DNA of 47,411 nucleotides, taken from a virus (lineage: Duplodnaviria > Caudoviricetes). The position numbers were made by a program, and so were the translations under genes. Positions within the stretch are counted from its first letter, which is position 1; the number at the start of each line of letters is the position of its first letter. Shown piece by piece: positions 9,693-18,856 of the stretch. The DNA is taken from positions 1-47,411 of IMG/VR virus record IMGVR_UViG_3300034103_001438. One strand, 5' to 3'. The notes beneath the pieces were generated by a model. It saw only the letters and a program-made list of their open reading frames with translations. It was not told where the DNA came from and made no database searches.

Positions 9693-9983
9693 ATGGATAC
9701 ATACCAAATATTGATTATATTATGTACAGTATCTATAAATATATTATTTTTTAGCATTGGACTATTATTAGGTAGACGAGGCGTTTCTGAAACATTAGTT
9801 CCAGGACAATCTATTGCATTAAAATCAAAAAATAAACCAAAAATAGATATAGATGATAAAAGGTTTGTTACAGAAATAAAGACTGCTGGATTAGAAAAAA
9901 AATACCAAGATATTGCAGAATCAAAAGAATCAAATGAGAATATAGAGTCTTCTATCAATAAATTAAAAAGTATGAAAGGATAA
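9693..9983 (+). CDS. small single-pass membrane protein
   Basis: N-terminal hydrophobic helix ILIILCTVSINILFFSIGLLLG then RR; charged soluble tail; AAGGA RBS. Confidence 0.8.
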   Translation: MDTYQILIILCTVSINILFFSIGLLLGRRGVSETLVPGQSIALKSKNKPKIDIDDKRFVTEIKTAGLEKKYQDIAESKESNENIESSINKLKSMKG

Positions 9984-9987
9984 AAGT

Positions 9988-10992
9988 ATGGCAAAAGGTT
10001 TAGATGTCGGAACAAGTTTTATAGTTTTATCAGAAGAAATTAGTTCTGGAAATATATCATATAAAGATTTTAGAGATGCTTTTTATATTATTAAGCCTAC
10101 AACGCCAGTAGCAACGAAAATGATAGAAAAAGGATTAACTGGAAAAATATTCATTAAAGATAGTGACGGATCGTTTATTTTATTAGGAAAAGATGCTATA
10201 GAAAAAGCAGTAGAAAGAAATGATACAGCAAGGAGGCCAATGTATAAAGGAGTTGTCTCTTCAAAAGAAAAAGACGCTAAGAAAATATTAGCTTTTATAT
10301 TACAAGAAGTTGTTCAAAAATCTTCTGAGCAAGGAGAAAAATTAATATTCTGTATTCCTGCACAACCAGTAGATCAAGAAGATGATGATTTTGATGTTGG
10401 ATATCATGAAGATGTAGTCAAAACAATTTTAGCAGAAATTGGCTATGAGGCAAGAGCAATAAATGAAGCAGAGGCTTTGTGTTATGCTGAATTAGAAAAT
10501 GAAGACTATACAGGTATTGGTATTAGTTGTGGTGCTGGTATGACAAATGTTTGTGTTATGCTTAATGGAGAACCTACGGTAACATTCAGCACAACAAAGT
10601 CTGGGGATTGGATAGACCGTATGAGTTCTGTAGCCACAGGAGAACCAGACAGTGTTGTTCAGGCAGAGAAGGAGGCTGGAGGATTTAAAATAGGTAGTCA
10701 GAATGATAATCCTGTGCTCGCGGCAGTATCTGCGTATTATGAAAGATTAATAGATTATACTACAAAACAATTGTCTGCTGCTTTAACTGGTCATAAATTA
10801 TTACCTAAATTTAAAAATCCATTAACAATAGTAGTTGCTGGAGGAACATCACAAGCAGACGGATACATAGAAGAATTTACTAAAAAAATTAACGAAAATA
10901 ATTTTCCTTTAAATATTAGGGAAGTAAGACACGCTAAAGATCCTCTTCATGCTGTTGCTAAAGGATGTTTAATAGCAGCTAAAATATTATGA
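9988..10992 (+). CDS. actin-like ATPase (volactin-like clade of the actin/MreB superfamily)
   Basis: GLDVGT (phosphate 1), INEAEAL (connect 1), GISCGAGMTNVC (phosphate 2), VVAGGTS (adenosine), DPLHAVAKG (connect 2). Confidence 0.9.
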   Translation: MAKGLDVGTSFIVLSEEISSGNISYKDFRDAFYIIKPTTPVATKMIEKGLTGKIFIKDSDGSFILLGKDAIEKAVERNDTARRPMYKGVVSSKEKDAKKILAFILQEVVQKSSEQGEKLIFCIPAQPVDQEDDDFDVGYHEDVVKTILAEIGYEARAINEAEALCYAELENEDYTGIGISCGAGMTNVCVMLNGEPTVTFSTTKSGDWIDRMSSVATGEPDSVVQAEKEAGGFKIGSQNDNPVLAAVSAYYERLIDYTTKQLSAALTGHKLLPKFKNPLTIVVAGGTSQADGYIEEFTKKINENNFPLNIREVRHAKDPLHAVAKGCLIAAKIL

Positions 10993-12491
10993 AATTATTC
11001 AAATTAAATAATACAGAATATAGAGCTCAAGACTTATCAGGTACTGATAGTTGTCATTGCACTGGGACAAATTGTTTTTGGCAATGCTTACCAGATCCTG
11101 TAGTTCCTGTATGGATATTGGTATCTCCTCCTTGTGGATGTCTAAATTGCAGCCAACCAAATGATCAGTGTGATGGAAATAAATTTAATCATGTTTTACC
11201 AACACCTTGTATTGAATTTGATATGATAGAAAGAACATGCTCTAAGGGAGTTGATGAAAATGGTTGTGTTATTTTTGGAACATGTGGTGATCTTGATTGT
11301 GTATCTAGTTGTAGTGTTGAGACTCCTTGTCAAAATGAAAATCCTTGTTGTGATTCTTTTGTATTTTGTGATGATGATCCAAATAGTCCATCATGCGGTC
11401 AGTGCGTATTGGAACAAGGAGGAGAACCAAGCGATTGTTTCAATTGTCCAACTTGTGATAGTTCATTTTGTAATCCAACAGACCCACCTCCACCGGGACC
11501 ACCACCGCCTCCACCGGGACCACCATCGCCGCCTAGTCCACCAAGTCCACCACCTCCACCACCGGGTCCAAATCCAGACCCTCCATGTGTAAAATATGTA
11601 TCAGGAACACTAGAGTACAGAAATAACACATGGGTTTGTATTGATAAGATTACAAGACAAGAAATATCAGCAGAATGTTGTGGTTTACCACCACCATCAG
11701 TAGATCCGTTATACGCTTCTATTACAGTAACATGGTACGAGAAAAGTAGCGACCTACTTGGATCGTGGTCTGGCTTATGGAATCTCACAGGATACTCTTC
11801 ATCTGGACAAAATATTCCTACTGCTGGAGCAGAAATTGGGACAAATACCGGTCCTCTTATGTTAAGCTGGGAAGGCGGAACAGGAGATAGATATGTCAAA
11901 ACTCATACTTATACAAGTCCTATCACATTCAATAAAGAGAATGGAACTGCATCAGGAAATTTATTTCAGATAAGCGAACCTAATACTCCAACTATTGTTG
12001 TTGATTTGCCTTTAGGATACTCGTCTAATACTCCCATAAGTGGACTCATGACATTTAATAATGAATCTATAAATTCTGTTTTTGGAACACAACTATATAA
12101 TGGACCCGTTATTGTTGCCTATGATGGTCTGAATAACTCAATAGTTTTTCAATCGGATAATACAACATTAGATCCACCACCTCCTCCTCCTACAGTAATT
12201 GGACCAACTCCAACACCAAATACTAATAATCCTTGTGATACTATAGAAATATTAAATGGTATTAATGACATATTAGCATTTGAACAAATATGTAATTGTA
12301 AATGCGATTCAAGATATATTTGTTTTGATGGTCGTTGTGTTCAAGATCCAAACGGCCCACATGATTCATATTTATCTTGCTTAACTTATTTATGTGGTGG
12401 TGGCGATTGTTCAATATCTGGTATACCAGATCCTACTCCATTGCCAAGATTACCAGTATGTCAAGATCCTTTAATTATTGATCTACAATGA
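10989..12491 (+). CDS. Cys-rich, polyproline-rich protein
   Basis: 500 aa; Cys-dense ends; PPPPGPPPPPPGPPSPPSPPSPPPPPPG tract; ATGA-coupled to the actin gene. Confidence 0.8.
   Translation: MKLFKLNNTEYRAQDLSGTDSCHCTGTNCFWQCLPDPVVPVWILVSPPCGCLNCSQPNDQCDGNKFNHVLPTPCIEFDMIERTCSKGVDENGCVIFGTCGDLDCVSSCSVETPCQNENPCCDSFVFCDDDPNSPSCGQCVLEQGGEPSDCFNCPTCDSSFCNPTDPPPPGPPPPPPGPPSPPSPPSPPPPPPGPNPDPPCVKYVSGTLEYRNNTWVCIDKITRQEISAECCGLPPPSVDPLYASITVTWYEKSSDLLGSWSGLWNLTGYSSSGQNIPTAGAEIGTNTGPLMLSWEGGTGDRYVKTHTYTSPITFNKENGTASGNLFQISEPNTPTIVVDLPLGYSSNTPISGLMTFNNESINSVFGTQLYNGPVIVAYDGLNNSIVFQSDNTTLDPPPPPPTVIGPTPTPNTNNPCDTIEILNGINDILAFEQICNCKCDSRYICFDGRCVQDPNGPHDSYLSCLTYLCGGGDCSISGIPDPTPLPRLPVCQDPLIIDLQ
11482..11583 (+). 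repeat. low-complexity polyproline-coding repeat
   Basis: CCN-rich tract; a 23-nt block at 11532-11554 is identical to 13052-13074. Confidence 0.8.
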
Positions 12492-13504
12492 AAACTTTTA
12501 AATTTAACGAATATCAAATACAAAATAGCGAATCAATAGATAATGTATGCTCACAATGTTGTGCAACTCCTAGAATATGTAGAGATGGTTATGCTGATGA
12601 ACAAGGCGAAAAGGTTTGCATACAAGCATCTTCTAAGGCTAATTGTGACTCTAAAACAGCGGCCGATTTTGGATTTGATGACATTCCAAACATATGTGAA
12701 AACCCTTTCTATAAAAAACCAACATATGGAGGAATAGTTGATTCTGCAACAAGAGCAACATGTTATTTTGATAAAGATGGAGATGGATGTTTAAATATAT
12801 TAACATGTCAGCAGATGAAAAAACCAGGAAAATCTATGACAGAATGTGCGTGTAAAGATGAATGTATAGAAAGAGGTGGAGAGTTTAACGAATTACCTCC
12901 TGGCGATCCAGAGTCACCATGTGGTGGTAGTTTTATTAATGGAAAATGTGGACCATGTGATAATCAAGAAGAACCAACATTACCAACAGAACCTGGATTT
13001 CCTCCGGGTGGAGGAGGCGGAGGAGTTTTTCCACCAGGGCCACCTAGTCCTCCTAGTCCACCAAGTCCACCACCACCACCACCAGGAGTACCGGGAACAA
13101 ATCCTTGGGGAGATCCTCCTACACCTCCAGAACCACCAGACGGAGGACCGTCAAATGGACCGTCTACAACTTGTCCAGATGCTCATACTTTAGAGGTAGA
13201 ATCAACAATAGGATTTGATCCTAACGGTGGAGTTCTAGAGATTTGTGATCCAGAAATTCCTTCCTCATGTTTTTCTATAAGTTATGAATATATTTCTGGA
13301 AATATTTTTATAGGAATATTGAATAATAATAATAATCAATCTATTTTAGAAAATTATACAGTTACTCAGAATGGTAATATTAGTACTGCTGTGGAAGTTG
13401 GTGTAATTTCTTATGATTCTTGTGGTCTCAATAATGATGGTGATTTAATATGTTGTCCAAGTTCTTGGATTTATACTAATGGAAAGTGTTGTCCTCCAGT
13501 ATGA
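12488..13504 (+). CDS. Cys-rich, polyproline-rich protein
   Basis: 338 aa; Cys-rich N-half; PPGPPSPPSPPSPPPPPPG tract; ATGA overlap with the previous gene. Confidence 0.8.
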   Translation: MKTFKFNEYQIQNSESIDNVCSQCCATPRICRDGYADEQGEKVCIQASSKANCDSKTAADFGFDDIPNICENPFYKKPTYGGIVDSATRATCYFDKDGDGCLNILTCQQMKKPGKSMTECACKDECIERGGEFNELPPGDPESPCGGSFINGKCGPCDNQEEPTLPTEPGFPPGGGGGGVFPPGPPSPPSPPSPPPPPPGVPGTNPWGDPPTPPEPPDGGPSNGPSTTCPDAHTLEVESTIGFDPNGGVLEICDPEIPSSCFSISYEYISGNIFIGILNNNNNQSILENYTVTQNGNISTAVEVGVISYDSCGLNNDGDLICCPSSWIYTNGKCCPPV

Positions 13505-13525
13505 TTAAACCGATTGGAAATAGTT

Positions 13526-14293
13526 ATGTTAATAAAATATATTATATTTGTTATATTATTAATGAATATTTCAAATTCATTTTCTGGAACTATAGATCCT
13601 AGTATTGAAGATTCAAAATACATAGAATATGGAAAAAGTTTTAATTGTGTTGGTAAAATATGCGGAATATCATCAGACGATAAACAATATTGTGCTTCGG
13701 CTGTTGCTATAAGTGATAGGGTAATATTAACAGCAGCTCATATTATCAAAGACGCAAAAACTTGTAATATTACGATAAATGAAAAAACAATAAAAGTTAT
13801 AAATATTCAATATCCTATAGAGTTTGAACCAAATAATTTTGGTCATAATGATATAGCAATAGGTTATTGTGATGATAATATTGGTTTAATAACTTATCCT
13901 GAATTATATGAAACTACAGACGAAATAGATAAAATATGTAGCATATCTGGATATGGTATAACAGGAACATTTCAAACTGGAGCGATATTGTCAGACGATA
14001 ATAGAAGAGCAGGATTAAATATTATAGATAGTATAGAAAACGATCTATTAATTTGCTCACCATCTGGTCCTGGTAAAAAAACATCTTTAGAATTTATGAT
14101 AGCCAGTGGAGATAGTGGTGGTGGATTATTTATTAATAATAAATTAGCTGGAATAAATTCATGTGTAATGGCTATAGACAAAAAACCAAATTCAAATTAT
14201 ACAGATGAGTGTGGTCATACCAGAATAAGTAAATTTATATCATGGATAAAAGATCGTAAAATTAAACTTATGGAGAAAAATAATGAGAAATAA
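13526..14293 (+). CDS. trypsin-like serine protease (S1) with N-terminal signal/anchor
   Basis: ILTAAH, NDIAI and GDSGG catalytic-triad motifs; hydrophobic N-terminus from ATG 13526. Confidence 0.9.
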   Translation: MLIKYIIFVILLMNISNSFSGTIDPSIEDSKYIEYGKSFNCVGKICGISSDDKQYCASAVAISDRVILTAAHIIKDAKTCNITINEKTIKVINIQYPIEFEPNNFGHNDIAIGYCDDNIGLITYPELYETTDEIDKICSISGYGITGTFQTGAILSDDNRRAGLNIIDSIENDLLICSPSGPGKKTSLEFMIASGDSGGGLFINNKLAGINSCVMAIDKKPNSNYTDECGHTRISKFISWIKDRKIKLMEKNNEK

Positions 14294-15194
14294 TATTGGC
14301 CTATTACCATATACAAGAGAAGATTTATTCGGGATTACACCAGATACCAAACAAATTACTGGATGGGAAATAGAAAAATTTGGAATAAAACAATTATGGA
14401 ATCAGTCTCAGGGGGATGGGGTTACTGTTGCTGTTATAGATACTGGTTGTGATATGGGTCATGAGGATATTAAAAATAGTATAATAGATAGTATTAATTT
14501 TGTTAATAGTAATGAAAAAGCTAATGATGTTGCTGGACATGGAACTCATGTGGCATCAACAATAGCAGCAGAAAATAATGGAACAGGAATGGTTGGTGTT
14601 GCACCAAAGACTAAAATAATAGCTGTAAAAGCTCTTGGTGATAGTGGGAATGGGAATTTAAATGATATAGCTAAAGCAATTAAATGGTCAGCAGATAGAA
14701 AAGTAGATTTTATAACTATGAGTCTAGGTTCCCCAAATCCTGCACAATTATTAGAGTCAGCTATAGATTATGCTGCAAGTAAAGGCTGTATTATGTTTTG
14801 TGCTGCTGGTAATTCTGGAAAAAATACAGACGTCATGTATCCTGCTAAATATAATCACACAATAGCTATTGGGGCAATAAATGAACGTTTAGAAAGAACA
14901 GATTTTACGTGTAGTGGAGACTCATTAGATTTTTTAGCACCAGGACATAATATTTTGGGATGTGTTCCTGGAAATAAATATGCTTTAATGAGTGGTACTA
15001 GTATGAGTAATCCATTCGTTGTTGGATGTGCTAGTCTATTATTATCATATAATAAAAAGCATAATAAATATAAACTAAATACAGCAGAAGATTATATAAA
15101 TATTTTTAAGCAATCTGCTAAGGATTTACAAAATAGTCAATACAAGGGAATTAAAAAATACCAGGGATATGGAATACTATATCCAGTACTATGA
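14283..15194 (+). CDS. subtilisin-family serine protease (S8)
   Basis: VAVIDTG, HGTHVA, AAGNSG, SGTSM motifs. Confidence 0.95.
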   Translation: MRNNIGLLPYTREDLFGITPDTKQITGWEIEKFGIKQLWNQSQGDGVTVAVIDTGCDMGHEDIKNSIIDSINFVNSNEKANDVAGHGTHVASTIAAENNGTGMVGVAPKTKIIAVKALGDSGNGNLNDIAKAIKWSADRKVDFITMSLGSPNPAQLLESAIDYAASKGCIMFCAAGNSGKNTDVMYPAKYNHTIAIGAINERLERTDFTCSGDSLDFLAPGHNILGCVPGNKYALMSGTSMSNPFVVGCASLLLSYNKKHNKYKLNTAEDYINIFKQSAKDLQNSQYKGIKKYQGYGILYPVL

Positions 15195-15884
15195 TTTTTT
15201 CATACATAGCCAGCCAACAGACAGAAAATCTTCATACATAAATTTTGTTAAATTATTTGTAATAATACTATTATCGATATCCTTATCCTCTATCTCGCAC
15301 CAATTCCATTGTTTACCTCGCATATTATCTTCAAAATAGTTTCTATTTGGACAATAATCATGAGCCATGATAATATCATTAGATTTTAAATAAGACGATA
15401 AGATATTAAATTCACATTTTTTACATCCTCCATCACAAAGAACCAGAGTTGTTCCATTATCCTGTATTAAAGATATAATTTCTTCTTTATTTTCTTCATT
15501 TGAAAAATTAGAATATGATTCAGAGAACAGGTTTTTTGTATATGATCTAACATTGCTTGACTCATTTATCAAAGATAAAAGATGGGACGGACAATTTACA
15601 TCATATGTAAAAATTTGCGAGCTATATAGCATATTATTATGAAGTAGTGCTCTTAGTATTAATGTTAATCCACCATAAAACGTTCCTATCTCTATTATTC
15701 TTGATGGTCTGATATTTCCTATGAGTGTATTAAAAGGATATATAATGTTAGGATTTTGTTCTGTTGCTAATCCTTTATAGGATAAATGAGCAATATCTCC
15801 ACTCAGACTATTGGTAAAAAAATTATCATCAAAACAATTTTTACCAGAACAAGACAATTCTTCGCGTAAATTTATATTAATCAT
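15189..15884 (-). CDS. class I SAM-dependent methyltransferase (CmcI/Methyltransf_24-like)
   Basis: RPSRIIEIGTFYGGLT, LVLCDGG, IIMAHDY. Confidence 0.7.
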   Translation of the reverse strand: MININLREELSCSGKNCFDDNFFTNSLSGDIAHLSYKGLATEQNPNIIYPFNTLIGNIRPSRIIEIGTFYGGLTLILRALLHNNMLYSSQIFTYDVNCPSHLLSLINESSNVRSYTKNLFSESYSNFSNEENKEEIISLIQDNGTTLVLCDGGCKKCEFNILSSYLKSNDIIMAHDYCPNRNYFEDNMRGKQWNWCEIEDKDIDNSIITNNLTKFMYEDFLSVGWLCMKKS

Positions 15885-16890
15885 TGTTTAATTTTTCTAT
15901 ATCTAATTGAGATAAAACATATTGGATATTTTGTTCCATTGTGCAGTGACTTACAAACCATTCCCTAGCATTTTTAGAGACATAATTTAGATATTCTTCA
16001 TTATTTTTAAGCTTATTCCACCAGTACAACAAATTATCTTGAAAATCTTTATAAGAAACAAATTTTGGATGATGTTCATCACTATAATCACACAATCCAT
16101 AAAAAGCTATATAATGATGATTTGGTAAAAGAGGATCTGGATAATTGGTTGTCAGTAGTGACCTAAATACTGGGGTTCCAACAGCAAAACTCTCTATGTC
16201 TCTATGACATATAGAAGTGCCTCCAGGTAAACTCAGAGAAGCTTTGTACGATGTTATCTCTTCTATAAACTCTCCGTAATGTAAATTATTCGATTCAGTA
16301 TTTTTGTCAATAATAATAATATCGTTGTATTTATTTATAATGTTTTTTGTCATTAGTTTTCTACTATCCCATAAATATCCTCTAAAAAATAAAGAATTAT
16401 TTATAGTTTTTATTTTTTTTGTATTAAATAAATTTGTTAGTTTATCATATAAACAATCATAACAGGGGATATAAAAAAATTGTTTGTATATATCATGAAT
16501 ATTATCAGGAAATACAAAATCTTTATTGTATGAAACTAATTGTTTATAAGCGTAAAAATCTAAAAAATCAAATGATCCAGCATAAAAAAATTGTACCATA
16601 TTATCTGGATCCCAACCAAGAACTTTATTAAAATGATATTTCCAATTATCAAATAATGAAACAAGAATATACTTATTATTAATGGGATTAAGTATAGACA
16701 AATGCATACAGCTACATAATCCTCCGTATCCCATAGATTCATATTTTTTACATTCATCAATTTGAAAATCTATATTTGGATATTTATTTTTTAATATATC
16801 AAATAGTTTGATAAAAAAAGTTGTAGCATAGTAGTCACAACCTCTGTCGGATATGTTCCTAAATGTATGCCTAATTATTAATTTATTCAT
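15877..16890 (-). CDS. putative glycosyltransferase (GT-B/GT90-like)
   Basis: LFFRG, YKASLSLPGG..ICHRDIE, LLPNHHYI, VSKNAREW. Confidence 0.5.
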   Translation of the reverse strand: MNKLIIRHTFRNISDRGCDYYATTFFIKLFDILKNKYPNIDFQIDECKKYESMGYGGLCSCMHLSILNPINNKYILVSLFDNWKYHFNKVLGWDPDNMVQFFYAGSFDFLDFYAYKQLVSYNKDFVFPDNIHDIYKQFFYIPCYDCLYDKLTNLFNTKKIKTINNSLFFRGYLWDSRKLMTKNIINKYNDIIIIDKNTESNNLHYGEFIEEITSYKASLSLPGGTSICHRDIESFAVGTPVFRSLLTTNYPDPLLPNHHYIAFYGLCDYSDEHHPKFVSYKDFQDNLLYWWNKLKNNEEYLNYVSKNAREWFVSHCTMEQNIQYVLSQLDIEKLNND

Positions 16891-17591
16891 AATATCGGCT
16901 CTAGTATCCCGTCACCCATATATCTTGTTATCTCTATTTTTTGATATCCTTTATGAACATATTGATCAACTATACCCTGAGCCCATTCTAGACTATGTCC
17001 ATCACAAAAATAGTTATTTTCAAATTCTATAATCGGTTTCTTATTAAATAAATCTACAACAGTTACTAAGTCTGATAGTATTTGATAATCAAAATTTTCG
17101 GTATCTATTTTTATAAAACATGGTTTTTCGTATAAGCTAGGATTGTCTTGAAAAAATTGAGATATTTTTATACTCTTAATTTCTTGATTAGTTGGACTAT
17201 TAGAAACTTTACATAGTCCAAAATTTAGATTAGTAGAATTATTTTTTATTTGATACTCCATAGAAGAAGTGTCAAAATAAACAATGTTAGAAGTCAAACC
17301 TACTGCATTGTTATAAATTTTTATGTTAGGATTATTTTTATATTTATCTATTAAATATTTATAGAGTTCGATATTTGGTTCAATCATATGGTATTGTTCT
17401 AAAGATATCTTTTTAGACAATAAATCGTATACTTTTCCAACATTTGCTCCAATGTCTACTACACATATTGGTCCATTATCTATATAATACGCATCAATTT
17501 TTTGATATATTTGTTCAACAAGATTAACAACATGTTGTTCACAATGAATATTATCCCAATCAGATATATATGTATTTATATTATTATTCAT
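16887..17591 (-). CDS. FkbM family methyltransferase
   Basis: VVDIGANVG, IEPN, FIKIDTENFD. Confidence 0.85.
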   Translation of the reverse strand: MNNNINTYISDWDNIHCEQHVVNLVEQIYQKIDAYYIDNGPICVVDIGANVGKVYDLLSKKISLEQYHMIEPNIELYKYLIDKYKNNPNIKIYNNAVGLTSNIVYFDTSSMEYQIKNNSTNLNFGLCKVSNSPTNQEIKSIKISQFFQDNPSLYEKPCFIKIDTENFDYQILSDLVTVVDLFNKKPIIEFENNYFCDGHSLEWAQGIVDQYVHKGYQKIEITRYMGDGILEPIL

Positions 17592-18856
17592 AAACTACCA
17601 GTAATTGGATCACTCCAACCCTTAGATACGCTATGAGGCCAAACTAACCAACTGCTGGGTTTTTGGTCAGTTTGAAATTCTCTCCAAACTTTACAATAAT
17701 TGTCAGGATCATTTTTCATCCTTAATATTTCACTTGCGTCTGCGTCTTGTCTATACAAGTCATTACCGTCTTTGTCTTTAAAGGCAACAGCCCAAAAATC
17801 ATAATCATTTTCTGGAACTTGTGAATATTGTATATCTATACAGTGTTTAAATATACTCATTAAATGTTTTTGAAATTCTTCATATTCTAAATCTGATGTT
17901 GTTGGGTCTGGTGGAGCCTTATGTTCTTGAACTCTTTTTGTAATTCCTCTTTTTTTGAAACATAATCCAGAATATCTTTCATAATCGTTCAGTGATCTTA
18001 CTTTGCCAAATCCATATTTTCCAAAATCAACATCTCTCTTTTCTCCATCCATTTCGAATAATTTACGATTTTTTAGATGACATTTATCATTTTTATTAGA
18101 CCATTTAGGATCATCGTCCCATTGTTTTTTTCTTCCTTTTCTTGTATATTCGTGCCAGCATACTACCTTATGAGGATGAAATAAATCATAGCCATGAGTA
18201 TACGCTCTGACTGCTATGCTAATTTCTTCTCCATGAAAATAATAGTCTGGATCATGCTGAACCTCTTTAGCAAATTCACCAACAGTAAAACAAAAATGAG
18301 CACTATAAAATCTTGCTGGTAAAGGTTCTTCTTTTGAATCCCATGTATCAAATGATGCAGGAAGAAAGAAGACAGCACCTTCTGGAATAAATCTATCAAA
18401 ATTCATTTTCCATGGCTCCATAACCCTTGCTTGAGGATCATTATCAGGGTCAAAACTAGGTATGTATCCTGTTAACAGTGGTTTTTTATATCCTTTTTCT
18501 TGTAATTTAGTTAGCATATCTATCAATTCTGTGTCCCAATGATCTACGAATCTATGGTGACTATCTAATTGCATAGTATATTCTTCACCATCATATACTT
18601 GTTGTACAGAGTTTCTTGCCCAACATACTCCCTTGGATTCTCTATAATTTATATCTATAATCCTAAATCTTTTATCATTAATATATTCATCTAAATTATC
18701 CCATTTGTCATCTGGTGAATGTTGCCAACAGATTCCAATCCTTAAATTTTCGGGATGATCAGCTTTATCCAACATATCTTTTAATGTTGGTAATAATTGT
18801 GGATCTCTGTAACTAGCTATTTGAATAAAAATAGTATTAGTTTTCTCTTCTCTCAT
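17588..18856 (-). CDS. GT60-like polypeptide GlcNAc transferase (Skp1 Gnt1-like)
   Basis: IFIQIASYRDP, GVCWAR, MQLDSHHRF...WD, FHGEEISIAVRAYTHGYDLFHP. Confidence 0.85.
   Translation of the reverse strand: MREEKTNTIFIQIASYRDPQLLPTLKDMLDKADHPENLRIGICWQHSPDDKWDNLDEYINDKRFRIIDINYRESKGVCWARNSVQQVYDGEEYTMQLDSHHRFVDHWDTELIDMLTKLQEKGYKKPLLTGYIPSFDPDNDPQARVMEPWKMNFDRFIPEGAVFFLPASFDTWDSKEEPLPARFYSAHFCFTVGEFAKEVQHDPDYYFHGEEISIAVRAYTHGYDLFHPHKVVCWHEYTRKGRKKQWDDDPKWSNKNDKCHLKNRKLFEMDGEKRDVDFGKYGFGKVRSLNDYERYSGLCFKKRGITKRVQEHKAPPDPTTSDLEYEEFQKHLMSIFKHCIDIQYSQVPENDYDFWAVAFKDKDGNDLYRQDADASEILRMKNDPDNYCKVWREFQTDQKPSSWLVWPHSVSKGWSDPITGSL

Noticed and set aside
9671-10015. Minus-strand 114-aa ORF opposite the membrane-anchor gene
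   Set aside because: The plus-strand ORF has the RBS, TM helix and operon context; the antisense ORF has no support.
9660-11000. ParMRC-type partition system
   Set aside because: No ribbon-helix-helix adaptor or parC-like repeats near the actin gene; its neighbour is a membrane protein.
11399-11899. Gly-rich minus-strand ORF (166 aa) and His-rich alternative-frame ORFs at 11251 and 12876
   Set aside because: Shadows of the CCN polyproline codons in the real plus-strand genes.
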